A DNA stretch of 64,000 nt from an uncultured Clostridium sp. (GCA_900539375.1 UQBY01000006.1:47722-111721), one strand, 5' to 3'; counted from the stretch's first letter, positions 27,455-38,027 are shown. Numbers and translations: made by a program. The notes: generated from the sequence alone by a model not told the origin.

Positions 27455-28537
27455 ATGATAGTTTGCAAAGAGAGACACCTCTTTCCTGGTGGAAATACAT
27501 CTAAAGGATTTTATTCATTTTATAGATATATACTAACTCAAGAAAATGCAAACAGAATAATTTGTATCAAAGGAGGACCTGGCACTGGGAAATCATCTTT
27601 AATGAGAAAAATAGGGTTGTATTTTGCTAATTTAGGTTACTCTATTGAATATCATCACTGTTCTTCTGATAATAATTCTTTAGATGGAATACTAATTAAA
27701 GAAATTAATGTAGCAATGCTTGATGGTACTTCTCCTCATGTTGTAGACCCATTAACTCCTGGGGCTGTAGATGAAATCCTTAACTTAGGTGATGCTTTAG
27801 ATAAAGATATTTTAGTTAAAAATAAAAAAGAAATTATAAATTTAAATAAAGAAATAGGAAAGCAATTTAAGAAAGCTTATAGATTTTTAGGAGCTGCTAA
27901 ATATATTCATGATGATTGGAGTGTACTAAATTCTGAATCAATAAATCCAACAAAACTTAATGAATTTATTGATGAGTTAAAAGACAAATATCTTACTTCT
28001 AAATTATCAGGTTTTGGTGGAGAAAGACATTTATTTGCTACTGCTTTTACTCCTAATGGAATTGTCACCTTTATAAAAGGATTATCTAGCCAATTAGAAA
28101 ATGTGGAAATTTTAAGAGGAGGACCTGGCCTTGGTAAAACTACTATTTTAAAATCTATAGGTTCACAAGCTCAAAAACAAGGCTATTTTGTTGAATACTT
28201 ACACGACCCTCTTATTCCAGAAAGAATTGAAAATTTAATTATACCAGAACTTTCTTTTGGAATATTTACTACAAATGAAATAAGCAGAACATATTTTGAT
28301 ACAACAGATTTTAATTTAAAAGATTTATGTTATAAAAAAAGTATGTCTTGTAAATTAAACGAAATTGTATGGGATAAGCAGGAATTTGACCACTTAGTTG
28401 ATAAAAGCTTATCTTGTATAAAAAATGCAAAATCATTACATGATGAATTAGAAAGTTACTACATTTCTGCTATGAATTTTGATATGATTAACTCAATTTA
28501 TATTGATTTATTAAATAAAATAAAAACTTATGTTTAA
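27455..28537 (+). CDS. Uncharacterised ATPase with two Walker-A P-loops
   Basis: 360 aa. IKGGPGTGKSS is near the N-terminus and LRGGPGLGKTT is in the second half. It has a strong RBS (AAGGAG). No further functional motif was recognised. Confidence 0.55.
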   Translation: MIVCKERHLFPGGNTSKGFYSFYRYILTQENANRIICIKGGPGTGKSSLMRKIGLYFANLGYSIEYHHCSSDNNSLDGILIKEINVAMLDGTSPHVVDPLTPGAVDEILNLGDALDKDILVKNKKEIINLNKEIGKQFKKAYRFLGAAKYIHDDWSVLNSESINPTKLNEFIDELKDKYLTSKLSGFGGERHLFATAFTPNGIVTFIKGLSSQLENVEILRGGPGLGKTTILKSIGSQAQKQGYFVEYLHDPLIPERIENLIIPELSFGIFTTNEISRTYFDTTDFNLKDLCYKKSMSCKLNEIVWDKQEFDHLVDKSLSCIKNAKSLHDELESYYISAMNFDMINSIYIDLLNKIKTYV

Positions 28538-28636
28538 TCTTTAATAAAAAAATTTTAGGTTCATTATTGTTTAGCTACTTTGACCTATAAATTCTAAGTC
28601 ACTGCTTCATAAATAATGAACCTAACCAAAATATAA

Positions 28637-30781
28637 TTAATATTTAATAACAGATAATCTATGAAGGGCTCTTGTGCACATTATATATTTAACTAAATTG
28701 TTAGTTTTGCCCTCTTCTAATAAAATAACTCCATCAAATTCTAATCCTTTAGCATAATAGGCAGGAATAAGAACTTTCCCTCCTTTATAAAGAATATCTT
28801 CTCTATCAAAAGTTAAGACTTTAATTTTTTCCTTTAATAATGGTGATAATTTTCTTAAGCTTTCTTTATCTTTAGTTATAATAGCTATACTTTCAAGACC
28901 TTCCTCTTCATAATCTTCTATTATTGAAATTATGGTTTCTATCATATCTTCTTCAGATTCTGCCTCTTCTTCAATAACAGGCTCTCCATTTCTAACTAAA
29001 GGTACAACATTATTTTCATTTAAAAACTTACTTGCATACTCCATTATTTCTTGAGTTGACCTATAACTTTTTTCTAATTTAAATAACTCTATGTTATTTT
29101 CAAAAAGTTCCTCTAAATTAGTCATAGCAGGTGCTTCATCTGTTGTTATTAATCTTTGATTTGTATCTCCAACTATAGTAAAGCTTTTGCAACCTGTAAG
29201 TTCTTTAATTAACTTAAATTGAGTTAAATTATAATCTTGAGCTTCATCTATAACAACATGTTTTATTTCTTTTTTACACTTCTTACCTTCTAAAACAACC
29301 ATAAAATATAAAATTCCAGCAAGGTCCATATATCCTAATTCATAAGTATTTGTTATCTTTTTATAAAGCTCTATTACATTTTCATGTTTTATCCATTCAT
29401 CAAGTTCTGCTCTAGAATTCATAACTTCTCTTACTATTTCTCTTATTTTTACTCTTCTTAAGAATTCTAAATTATTTCTTTCTATAACAAGCTCCTCTTG
29501 AGATAATTTTGATATTTTATCTTTAATTTCTTTATTTAATTCTCTAACCTTTTCATCTCTTTTATCCTTTATTTTAGAAGTTAATACTCTTTTTATTTTT
29601 TCACTTCTTCTAAATAAAGGCATATAGCTATAATATTTATCAAATAATTCTCTTATTTCTTCTATAGATACTATTTCTTCCCCATAATATGTAACAGGCT
29701 TTATATTGAAATAATTTTTATTCATATTATTAAGTTCACTATCTAAAAATCTTGTAAATTCTCTTGAACTTTTATATTTATATTCTTCTAAGGCCTTTTC
29801 ATTTCCTACCATAGCTTCTTCCATATATTCTGAAAATCCTTTAACTGATTCTTCTAAGCCTATTTCATCTATAGCGAAATTTTCAAAAGTAGTTTGCTCT
29901 ATTCCTCCACTTTCACCTAATGAAGGTAATACTTGAGCTATATAATCAATAAATATATCATTAGGTCCTAATATAAGAACTTTATCTCCAAACTGTTTTC
30001 TATAATTGTATAAAAGATATGAAACTCTATGTAATGCTATTGTTGTTTTACCTGACCCTGCAACACCATTTACAACTACTACTTTTTCTTTAGGAGCTCT
30101 TATTATGTTATCTTGTTCTTCTTGTATTGTCATTACTATATCTTTAAGCTTTTCACTAGAATTTGAAGTTAAAACCATTTGTAATATTTCATCCTTAACA
30201 TCTACTGCAGAATCAAATATTCCCTTAAGCTCACCCTTTTTAATTATAATTTGTCTTCTTCCAATTATGTTTGTTTTTATTTCTCCTACTGGATAAGAAT
30301 ATTCAGCTTCTCCAAGATTTCCTTTGTAAAATAGACTTGCTATAGGTGCTCTCCAATCTACAATGACAGGTTCATAGGTTTCTTCAGGAGTTAATCCAAA
30401 TCTTCCTATATAAAGTTCTTCTGCTCCTTCTTCCTCTTCTGTAAAAGTAACCTTTCCAAAGTAAGGTACCTCTTTAAGTTTGAAAAACTCACTTAATCTT
30501 TTATCTATAGTTTTAAAAGCTTCTTCCTTTACATAAGCTTCATGGTCAAAGTAATCTATTACCTTATCTTCATCATCTTTATAATCTTCTACAGTTTTCT
30601 TTCTATAATCTAATATATAATCTGTTACAGCTTTTCTTTTTTCAATATATTTTAAAATTTCTTCATTTAATATTTTTAAAACCTTTTGTAACTTCTCTTC
30701 TTCTATTATAAATTCTAAATTTTTTTCCAAAAAAATTGCACCTCCTAGAAAATTAAAAGTGAAAAGTTTATCACTTTTCAC
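28637..30781 (-). CDS. UvrD-like superfamily-1 helicase, HelD (helicase IV)-like
   Basis: VVVNGVAGSGKTTIALHRVSYLLY (Walker A), VVIDEAQD (Walker B), YRST, GLEFDGVIL. The N-terminal arm typical of HelD is present. The real start is probably the TTG ~51 nt downstream, preceded by AGGAGGTG. Confidence 0.75.
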   Translation of the reverse strand: MKSDKLFTFNFLGGAIFLEKNLEFIIEEEKLQKVLKILNEEILKYIEKRKAVTDYILDYRKKTVEDYKDDEDKVIDYFDHEAYVKEEAFKTIDKRLSEFFKLKEVPYFGKVTFTEEEEGAEELYIGRFGLTPEETYEPVIVDWRAPIASLFYKGNLGEAEYSYPVGEIKTNIIGRRQIIIKKGELKGIFDSAVDVKDEILQMVLTSNSSEKLKDIVMTIQEEQDNIIRAPKEKVVVVNGVAGSGKTTIALHRVSYLLYNYRKQFGDKVLILGPNDIFIDYIAQVLPSLGESGGIEQTTFENFAIDEIGLEESVKGFSEYMEEAMVGNEKALEEYKYKSSREFTRFLDSELNNMNKNYFNIKPVTYYGEEIVSIEEIRELFDKYYSYMPLFRRSEKIKRVLTSKIKDKRDEKVRELNKEIKDKISKLSQEELVIERNNLEFLRRVKIREIVREVMNSRAELDEWIKHENVIELYKKITNTYELGYMDLAGILYFMVVLEGKKCKKEIKHVVIDEAQDYNLTQFKLIKELTGCKSFTIVGDTNQRLITTDEAPAMTNLEELFENNIELFKLEKSYRSTQEIMEYASKFLNENNVVPLVRNGEPVIEEEAESEEDMIETIISIIEDYEEEGLESIAIITKDKESLRKLSPLLKEKIKVLTFDREDILYKGGKVLIPAYYAKGLEFDGVILLEEGKTNNLVKYIMCTRALHRLSVIKY

Positions 30782-30802
30782 TCTTTCCTTAATTTTAAAA
30801 AA

Positions 30803-32818
30803 TTATTCTTCTGAATTTTTATTAAGTTCTATAGATTTCTTTTCTCCAATTTCTACAAATTCATCATCACATGAATCTTTAGCAGTTTTAGACATAGCTT
30901 CTGTATCTTTATCTTTAGAAGTATTTGTATCTTCAGATTCTTTAGAAAGATTTATACTCTCTTCATTTTCCTTAGATTCTTTTTTTTCTTCTTTTCTAAG
31001 TTCAGGATATTTTTCACAAACCACATTCATAAATTCATCTCCAAAAATAGTTTCTTTTTCAAGAAGAATTCCTGCAATTTTATCTAATAAATCCCTATTA
31101 TCTCTTAATAATTGTCTTGCCTCTTTATGAGCTTCTCTTATTATTCTTAATACTTCTTCATCAATAATTGTAGATGTTTCTTCACTACAATTTCTTACTG
31201 CTCTACCATCTAAATATCTATTTTGAACAGATTCTAAAGCAACCATGTCAAATTTATCTGTCATACCATATATAGTAACCATATTTCTTGCTGATTGAGT
31301 GGCTCTTTCTATATCATTAGAAGCACCTGTAGAAACTATATTAAACACTTCTTCTTCTGCAGACCTTCCTCCAAGCATAACCTTAATTTGATTCATAAGC
31401 TCATCTTTAGATACTAAATATTTTTCTTCTTCTGGAAGTTGCATTGTATAACCTAATGCTCCCATAGTTCTTGGAACTATTGTTATTTTATGTACTGGAT
31501 CTGTACCCTTTAATAAAGCAGCTACCAATGCGTGTCCAACCTCATGGAAAGCCACAATTTTCTTTTCCATTGGAGACAATATTCTATCTTTCTTTTCTTT
31601 ACCTGCTATTATTACTTCTACAGCTTCTCTTAAATCTTCTTGAAGAACTTGATTTCTCTTATTTCTTACAGCTCTTAAAGCAGCTTCATTAACAATGTTT
31701 GCTAAGTCTGCTCCTACAGCTCCTGGAGTACCTTTAGCTATTTCTTTTAAATCAACATCTGCATTTAAGCATACATCCTTAGCATGAACTTTAAGTATTG
31801 CTTCTCTTCCTATTAAATCTGGTCTATCCACAATAACTCTTCTGTCAAATCTTCCTGGTCTTAAAAGGGCTTTATCTAATATTTCTGGTCTATTTGTTGC
31901 ACCTAATATTACAATACCTTTAGAAGAATCAAATCCATCCATTTCTGATAATAATTGATTTAGTGTTTGTTCTCTTTCATCATTACTTTGGAATTGATTA
32001 TCTCTACTTTTACCTATAGCATCAATTTCATCTATAAATATTATACAAGGTGCTTTTTGTTCAGCTTCTCTAAATAGTTCTCTTACTCTTGATGCACCAA
32101 CACCTACAAACATTTCAACAAAGCTTGAACCTGATAAAGAAAAGAAAGGAACCTTTGCTTCTCCTGCTACTGCTTTTGCAAGTAAAGTTTTACCTGTACC
32201 TGGAGGCCCAACTAAAAGAACACCTTTAGGTAATTTAGCACCAATTTCTGTATACTTACCTGGACCATTTAAGAAATCTATTACTTCTTCTAAGGATTCT
32301 TTTGCCTCTTCTTGACCTGCAACATCTTTGAATGTAACTTCTATTTCATTTTCAGCATAAACCTTAGCTTTATTTTTGCCTATGCCTCCAACTCCACCAC
32401 CCATTTTATTCATTGCTTTAGAAAATACAAATTTCCAGAAAAAGAACATTAAAAGTAATAACGGTACCCAATTTATAAGTATCTCAATTATTAAACTTGT
32501 TTTTTCATTCTTTGCTTCAAATTTTACTCCTGAATTTTCTAAATCTTCAACAAGTTTAGTATCATTAACCCTTAAAGTGTATAATTCTTTTCCACCTAAA
32601 CCTGTATTGCTCTTTGGAGTAATTATAATAGTATCTCCTGTTATAACTGCTTTTGATATCTTTTGCTCTTTAACTAGTTGCTTAAACTCACTATAGGTTA
32701 TTTTTTCTTTAGAAGAAGTTGATGGTAAAAAAAGTTGTGCAATTAGTATTAAACCAAGTATTATAGTTAAGCAAAAAAAAGGATTTATTTTTTTTCTATT
32801 GTTTGGCTTTTGCTCCAT
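30803..32818 (-). CDS. ftsH: ATP-dependent zinc metalloprotease FtsH
   Basis: [22 protein letters not shown], the HEVGHA zinc motif and two N-terminal TM helices. It has an unusually long acidic/Ser-Lys-rich C-terminal tail. Confidence 0.95.
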   Translation of the reverse strand: MEQKPNNRKKINPFFCLTIILGLILIAQLFLPSTSSKEKITYSEFKQLVKEQKISKAVITGDTIIITPKSNTGLGGKELYTLRVNDTKLVEDLENSGVKFEAKNEKTSLIIEILINWVPLLLLMFFFWKFVFSKAMNKMGGGVGGIGKNKAKVYAENEIEVTFKDVAGQEEAKESLEEVIDFLNGPGKYTEIGAKLPKGVLLVGPPGTGKTLLAKAVAGEAKVPFFSLSGSSFVEMFVGVGASRVRELFREAEQKAPCIIFIDEIDAIGKSRDNQFQSNDEREQTLNQLLSEMDGFDSSKGIVILGATNRPEILDKALLRPGRFDRRVIVDRPDLIGREAILKVHAKDVCLNADVDLKEIAKGTPGAVGADLANIVNEAALRAVRNKRNQVLQEDLREAVEVIIAGKEKKDRILSPMEKKIVAFHEVGHALVAALLKGTDPVHKITIVPRTMGALGYTMQLPEEEKYLVSKDELMNQIKVMLGGRSAEEEVFNIVSTGASNDIERATQSARNMVTIYGMTDKFDMVALESVQNRYLDGRAVRNCSEETSTIIDEEVLRIIREAHKEARQLLRDNRDLLDKIAGILLEKETIFGDEFMNVVCEKYPELRKEEKKESKENEESINLSKESEDTNTSKDKDTEAMSKTAKDSCDDEFVEIGEKKSIELNKNSEE

Positions 32819-32846
32819 ATATATGTCACCTCTTTCGTATATAAAT

Positions 32847-33368
32847 CTATTTTATCCATCCAAAATCACTAAATGGGTATATTTTTAATTGAGCCTTAGC
32901 TTCAATATATTTTCCATCAATATATGGATTGGACCATAATCTTGAATCATTAGATACTGGACGGTTATCTCCTAAAAAGAAATAACAACCTTCAGGAACT
33001 TTATAAGTTCCATATGAATGGTCTGTATTTTTTACATAGTCTTGGTTTATTTCTTCACCATTTACAGATACTTTTCCATCATTTATTTCAATGGTGTCTC
33101 CTGGTAAACCAATAACTCTTTTAATTAAAGTATCCTTTAATTCCACTGAATAAAATACTAAAATATCTCCTCTTTCAATTTTATCTAAATCATATATTTT
33201 AGTAACAAATAATCTATCACCAACATTTAATGTTGGTATCATTGAACCACTTGGAATTCTAACTTGAAATACTAAGAAATTTTTTATAAGTAGTGCTATT
33301 ATAAGAGCTATTGCTAATGGAAGTACCCAATCTACAATAAAAGATTTCTTCTTTCCTTCAATTTTCAT
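32847..33368 (-). CDS. lepB: Signal peptidase I (bacterial P-type, S26A)
   Basis: IPSGSMIPTL (Ser), IKRVIGLPGD (Lys), GDNRPVSNDSR. Confidence 0.9.
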   Translation of the reverse strand: MKIEGKKKSFIVDWVLPLAIALIIALLIKNFLVFQVRIPSGSMIPTLNVGDRLFVTKIYDLDKIERGDILVFYSVELKDTLIKRVIGLPGDTIEINDGKVSVNGEEINQDYVKNTDHSYGTYKVPEGCYFFLGDNRPVSNDSRLWSNPYIDGKYIEAKAQLKIYPFSDFGWIK

Positions 33369-33584
33369 TTAATCTTCCCACATTCCTTTCATTAACTTCT
33401 CAATTTTAATTTTTCTTTCCTTAGTTTTTTCTGTGTCTAAGAAAAATTTTTCATTTTCTTCTCTTAAACAATCTCCCTCTTTAATTTGTCCATTAACCTT
33501 ATTTTTATTAAGATTTATTATGTTCCCATTTTGGTCCTCAACTACTATAATACTTTCTTCTATTCTATCCACTATATAAAACAT
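33369..33584 (-). CDS. Small DUF3006-like protein
   Basis: 71 aa. MFYIVDRIEESIIVVEDQNG...IKEGDCL is the pattern typical of DUF3006. It abuts lepB with no gap. Confidence 0.6.
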   Translation of the reverse strand: MFYIVDRIEESIIVVEDQNGNIINLNKNKVNGQIKEGDCLREENEKFFLDTEKTKERKIKIEKLMKGMWED

Positions 33585-33697
33585 TTTTCACCTCTTTATT
33601 ACTTAAACAATTAGTTATATATAAAGTAATAAAAAATAGCATGAATTAAGTATATCATAAATTCTTACTTAAAAAAGCATAAATTTTTATTAAAATT

Positions 33698-34369
33698 TTA
33701 TAAATTTCTATATTTGTCCATTAGTTCACTCATTGCTTTTCCTGAAGTAGGAGGAGTATATGTTATTGCATTAGCGCCTGCTTCTATAGTTTCTCTTATT
33801 GTATCATCATTTGGACCTCCTGTAGCTATAATAGGAAATTCAGGGAACTCTTCTCTTATTCTTTTTACAATTTTAGGAGTATTGGCTCCTCCTGATACAT
33901 TTATAATTGTTGCTCCAGCTTCTATTCTCTTAGCTACATCATCATTTTCTGAAACTACAGTTACCACTACAGGTATATCAATAGTAGACCTTACCTTTCT
34001 AACTATTTCATCTTTAGTTGGTGAATTTAAAACTACTCCCATAGCTCCTTTAAACTCTGCATCTAAAGCAAGATTTATAACTCTTTTACCTTGAGTTATT
34101 CCACCTCCCACTCCACAAAACACTGGTACATCAGCTGCCATAATAAGTGCTTGTGTTATAAGAGGTTGAGGAGTAAATGGATAAACTGCTATTATAGCAT
34201 CTGCATTTGTATTTCTTATAATTGCTACATCTGTTGTAAACAACAAAGATTTTATTCTTTTCCCAAATATCTTTATTCCTCCACATTGTCTTATAATTTG
34301 AGGAACCTCAACTACATGGTTTCTTAAAGTTCCTTTTATCTCTGGAAGAAACTTAACCTCTTTTGCCAT
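33698..34369 (-). CDS. Uncharacterised protein, probable TIM-barrel fold
   Basis: ORF track 33698..34378. I moved the start to the ATG (MAKEVKF) after AAGGAG. Alternating beta/alpha pattern with CGVGGGI...IIATGGP glycine-rich phosphate-binding-like loops. Function was not recognised. Confidence 0.45.
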   Translation of the reverse strand: MAKEVKFLPEIKGTLRNHVVEVPQIIRQCGGIKIFGKRIKSLLFTTDVAIIRNTNADAIIAVYPFTPQPLITQALIMAADVPVFCGVGGGITQGKRVINLALDAEFKGAMGVVLNSPTKDEIVRKVRSTIDIPVVVTVVSENDDVAKRIEAGATIINVSGGANTPKIVKRIREEFPEFPIIATGGPNDDTIRETIEAGANAITYTPPTSGKAMSELMDKYRNL

Positions 34370-34537
34370 AAATACCAACTCCTTTTTAATACCTCTTTAT
34401 AAATTACTACATAATATTTCTAAAATTATTTTATACATTTTTATATTATACTACTTTATACCAATAAAAGAAAAATAAGAGACTAATTCTTGTCTCCTAA
34501 AATCTATTTATATTAATATATCATAGTGAAATTATTA

Positions 34538-35230
34538 CTACAATACAATATCTACTGATTTATCTAATACTATCTCTTTTTCTTTAACAATACATGAATA
34601 TGCAAATATATCTACTCCTGCCTTCTTTGCACTTCTTAAGGCTTCTCCAAACTTTGGGTCATTTTCATCATTTGGTGAAAATTCTGTTATTCCTTCAATT
34701 TGAATTAAAAAAAGTATTCCTGCACCTAATCCACTTTTCTTAACATCTATTAATTCTAAAAGATGTTTTCTTCCTCTTTCTGTAGGTGCATCAGGGAAAC
34801 TACATTTTTTATTTTCTTCTAAAGTAACCCCTTTAACTTCAAGATAATACTCTTCTCCTGTATAATTTGAAAGTTTAAAATCAAATCTACTTTTTCCAAA
34901 AGTTTTTTCACTTAAAATATTATCATATTTTTTTAATTTATTTATAGCTTTATTCTCTAAAGCTTCTCTTACTACTTTATTAGGAATTTGTGAATCAATA
35001 CTTATAAGCATATCTCCTTTATATGCAGCTATTAAATCAAATTTAGTTTTTCTATTTGGATTATCTTCTTCTCTTAAAAACACTTTACATCCTGGCTTTA
35101 AAATTTCTTTGCAACGTCCTGTATTAGGAACATGAACTACTATTTCTTCATTATTATATTTAACCTTTCCATTAAATCTATTAGGTCTATCTATAAAAAT
35201 TGCTTCATATATATTTTTATTATAATGCAT
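34538..35230 (-). CDS. sfsA: Sugar fermentation stimulation protein A (SfsA family nuclease-like DNA-binding protein)
   Basis: 230 aa. FIDRPNRFNGKV...VHVPNTGRCKEIL...YLEVKGVTL..FPDAPTERGRKHL. Confidence 0.88.
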   Translation of the reverse strand: MHYNKNIYEAIFIDRPNRFNGKVKYNNEEIVVHVPNTGRCKEILKPGCKVFLREEDNPNRKTKFDLIAAYKGDMLISIDSQIPNKVVREALENKAINKLKKYDNILSEKTFGKSRFDFKLSNYTGEEYYLEVKGVTLEENKKCSFPDAPTERGRKHLLELIDVKKSGLGAGILFLIQIEGITEFSPNDENDPKFGEALRSAKKAGVDIFAYSCIVKEKEIVLDKSVDIVL

Positions 35231-35244
35231 AAATTCCTCCTATC

Positions 35245-35275
35245 TTATCCACAAGCTATTTAATAGTTATCCACA
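35245..35275 (+). promoter_or_regulatory. Two perfect DnaA boxes (TTATCCACA) in direct repeat, 22 bp apart, in the sfsA leader/promoter region
   Basis: cTTATCCACAAGctatttaataGTTATCCACAAGttc. The repeated 11-mer is TTATCCACAAG, and the 9-mer equals the DnaA box consensus. Confidence 0.6.
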
Positions 35276-35380
35276 AGTTCTATTTTTATATCTTATATTA
35301 TACAAGTTTTTTGCAAAAAATAAGCCTAATTAATTAAAATAACTTATATTTAAAGTTATTTTAACTAACTAGACTTATGT

Positions 35381-36292
35381 TTAAACAGCCCATTTTTTAT
35401 CCCCTGTGAAATTAATATTAAGCCATTTATCTAATTTTATATCACTCATATTACTATATACATACTCTCGTACATTATCCATTTCTTCTAATTTATTAAG
35501 TTTTGATTCTTCATTAAATACAAAATCTATTTCTATTCTAAGTTCTTTTCCTATCTTACTTACTCTTGTTATAGAATCTTCAAAATTATATTCCTTCTCA
35601 ACGTCTTTAACTATTGTATAAATTTCATCATTAATATCTTTATCAGCATTTCTATTTAATATTTCTTTAAAGTTTTTAATTAAAGTAGTTACAGGAACCT
35701 TTATAAAGATAGATGATGTAATTAAAACCATAAAAGGATCCACATACTTAGATAAATATACTAAAGGAGTTTTATTTAATATAGTACATATTAAAAATCC
35801 AACTAAAACAGCAACACTTACTAACGTATCCATAAGCCATTGATTAACTTCAGCACCTACTATACCAGATGCCACTTCTTTATTACTCTTAGCTAATATC
35901 TTATATATAATTAAACATCCTAATATAGAAATTATTGAATATTCTAAGGCAAGACCTGTGTCAACAATCTTTCCACCTGCTAATATTTCCTTTGCTGAAT
36001 TTACAAAATTAATAACACACATAACAGTTAAAACTATTGAGTTAAAAACAACTGTAATTGGCTCTAAAATCCACTTCCCAAAAGGAAATTTTTCAAAATC
36101 ATTTTTATTTATATATCTTGTTATACATATAGCTAATACTGATAAAAATAAACTAATTAAAGAATATAATCCATCAAATATTATCATACTAGAATCAATT
36201 ATAACTCCCCATGCTACTCCTAAAACAGCAAAGAATAAAGCCCCTATTGCTGATAATGTTAGCATGTTTTTTTCACTTTTCATTTTTTTCAC
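35381..36292 (-). CDS. CDF-family cation transporter (second copy, divergent)
   Basis: 303 aa with six TM helices (SSMIIFDGLYSLISL..., FPFGKWILEPI) and a C-terminal cytoplasmic domain. Confidence 0.65.
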   Translation of the reverse strand: MKKMKSEKNMLTLSAIGALFFAVLGVAWGVIIDSSMIIFDGLYSLISLFLSVLAICITRYINKNDFEKFPFGKWILEPITVVFNSIVLTVMCVINFVNSAKEILAGGKIVDTGLALEYSIISILGCLIIYKILAKSNKEVASGIVGAEVNQWLMDTLVSVAVLVGFLICTILNKTPLVYLSKYVDPFMVLITSSIFIKVPVTTLIKNFKEILNRNADKDINDEIYTIVKDVEKEYNFEDSITRVSKIGKELRIEIDFVFNEESKLNKLEEMDNVREYVYSNMSDIKLDKWLNINFTGDKKWAV

Positions 36293-36512
36293 CTCATTAA
36301 ATCTCTTTAATATTATTATATTCTGTTAAAAAACTTATAACAACTCACTAAAATGAGGTTTATTTTATACTTTTAATAGATATAAGTTCACTTTACATTT
36401 TATAGTAATAACGTAATAGTACTTTATTCTATATTTATTAGTCCTTATTTAGCTAATAATATAAAAAAAGCTATTACACAAAATATATTATTCAATGCAA
36501 TAGCTTTATTAA

Positions 36513-37217
36513 TTATGAATTATTTTTTTCTTTATAAATACTAATTAATTCATTTGAAATCCTATCTTTTAAATCTTCTATGGATAAGTTTTCTCCTGGA
36601 CATAAAGTTTCATATACATCTCTATGGCCTAATACATCATTTAAATTATACTTAATAATCATATCAGCAGATAATTTTACTAAAGACTTCATTTGAGCTT
36701 CAGTAGGATTGTCCTTTTCAAAATTACCTTCTAATGCAATACCTATACTATTTTTATTATTCTTTTTCGCATGAGCCCCCACTGCATTTTCTGGTCTTCC
36801 CCTATAGATTGTCCCATCTGTTCTTATGTAAAAATGATAACCTATTCCAGCCCATCCATTTTCAATATGTATTTCATTCATTCTTTCAGGCGTTATTCCA
36901 CTATCTGCTGTATGATGAATTATTAACATTTCAGGCTTATTTTTATAATTAAGCTCTTCTGCCCATGTATAATCCACATCCTGTATATTTAAATTATCCT
37001 CATAACTTTTCCTTATAGCACTAAATTCATCTAATTTATATTTTTTATTTTCAGTTTCATAAAGAAAATTTACATACTCATGATTCTTTCCTAATGCTAC
37101 AGGTTTTTTACAAGCATAATATGTACAAATTATAATCACTATAAAAATTCCTAATAAAACTAAAGAACATACTATCCTTCGTTTTTTAAAATTAATAATC
37201 TTTGTCCCATTTTTCAT
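36513..37217 (-). CDS. Membrane-anchored N-acetylmuramoyl-L-alanine amidase (Amidase_2/PGRP fold)
   Basis: N-terminal TM, then MLIIHHTADSG...GWAGIGYHFYIRTDGTIYRGRP...GAHAKKNNKNSIGIALEGNF...LGHRD...CPG. Confidence 0.85.
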   Translation of the reverse strand: MKNGTKIINFKKRRIVCSLVLLGIFIVIIICTYYACKKPVALGKNHEYVNFLYETENKKYKLDEFSAIRKSYEDNLNIQDVDYTWAEELNYKNKPEMLIIHHTADSGITPERMNEIHIENGWAGIGYHFYIRTDGTIYRGRPENAVGAHAKKNNKNSIGIALEGNFEKDNPTEAQMKSLVKLSADMIIKYNLNDVLGHRDVYETLCPGENLSIEDLKDRISNELISIYKEKNNS

Positions 37218-37351
37218 TTCTTATATTCCTCACTAAATATTATTTAGTTTAATTATACCTCTAACATTATTCACTATATCTTAATAAATAATAAATAAAA
37301 TCTTACAAAATTTTAATATTTAGCTTAAAATATAACATTTATAGATACTTT

Positions 37352-37813
37352 TTAAAATAATTTCATTAAATTAGCCATTTCTATAGCAGTTACAGCTGCA
37401 TCATATCCTTTATTTCCAGCTTTAGTTCCTGCTCTTTCTATAGCTTCTTCAATTGAATTAGTTGTTAAAATTCCAAAAGCAACTGGCTTTTCTGAATTTA
37501 ATGATACTGTAGCTACTCCCTTTGAAGCCTCTGCACAAACATAATCAAAATGAGGAGTTGACCCCTTTATAACAGCACCTAAACATATAACCACATCATA
37601 CTTAGGACTTTCTGCCATCTTCTTTGCAACCAAAGGAATTTCAAAAGCCCCAGGAACCCAAGCAATACTTATATCCTCCTCACTAACCCCATGCCTTTTT
37701 AAACCATCCAAAGCACCAGAAACAAGCTTAGAAACTATAAACTCATTAAACCTCGCTGCAACAATCCCAACCTTAATCCCCTCTGCTACTAACTTACCTT
37801 CTAAAACTTTCAT
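37352..37813 (-). CDS. ribH: 6,7-dimethyl-8-ribityllumazine synthase
   Basis: ORF track 37352..37837. I moved the start to the ATG (MKVLEGKL) after [19 protein letters not shown]...WVPGAFEIP...[10 protein letters not shown]. Confidence 0.93.
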   Translation of the reverse strand: MKVLEGKLVAEGIKVGIVAARFNEFIVSKLVSGALDGLKRHGVSEEDISIAWVPGAFEIPLVAKKMAESPKYDVVICLGAVIKGSTPHFDYVCAEASKGVATVSLNSEKPVAFGILTTNSIEEAIERAGTKAGNKGYDAAVTAIEMANLMKLF

Positions 37814-37878
37814 TATAAACTCTCCTTTTATTTTCATTTTTTATTTTTTAATATTTTGTATTATAAACTTTGCTTTAT

Positions 37879-38027
37879 AAAATCTTATATTACTTATTTT
37901 ATGAAGGTGCGACCCAAGAGCCTGCCAATAAGTGAGAATCAAAATTTTACATTTTGCACTTCGAACTTATCTAGCGAACAAAATGAGTCGGACTACATTA
38001 AAAATAACATAAGTAATCTAAGATTTT
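37879..38027. repeat. ~150-bp element bounded by 24-nt imperfect inverted repeats (22/24), inside the ribBA-ribH spacer; MITE-like or a long structured RNA
   Basis: Left arm aaaatcttatattacttattttat. The reverse complement of the right arm is aaaatcttagattacttatgttat. The ~100-nt core is locally GC-richer (ggtgcgacccaagagcctgcc...gagtcggac). The ribBA-ribH spacer is ~230 bp, whereas the other rib junctions are <25 bp. Confidence 0.55.

Noticed and set aside
30720-30845. Apparent +/-1-nt frame inconsistencies in T-runs near the helD start and the ftsH stop when I indexed by eye.
   Set aside because: The supplied ORF track shows both reading frames continuous and of the expected length. The discrepancy is almost certainly my miscounting of homopolymers at line breaks, not a frameshift or pseudogene.
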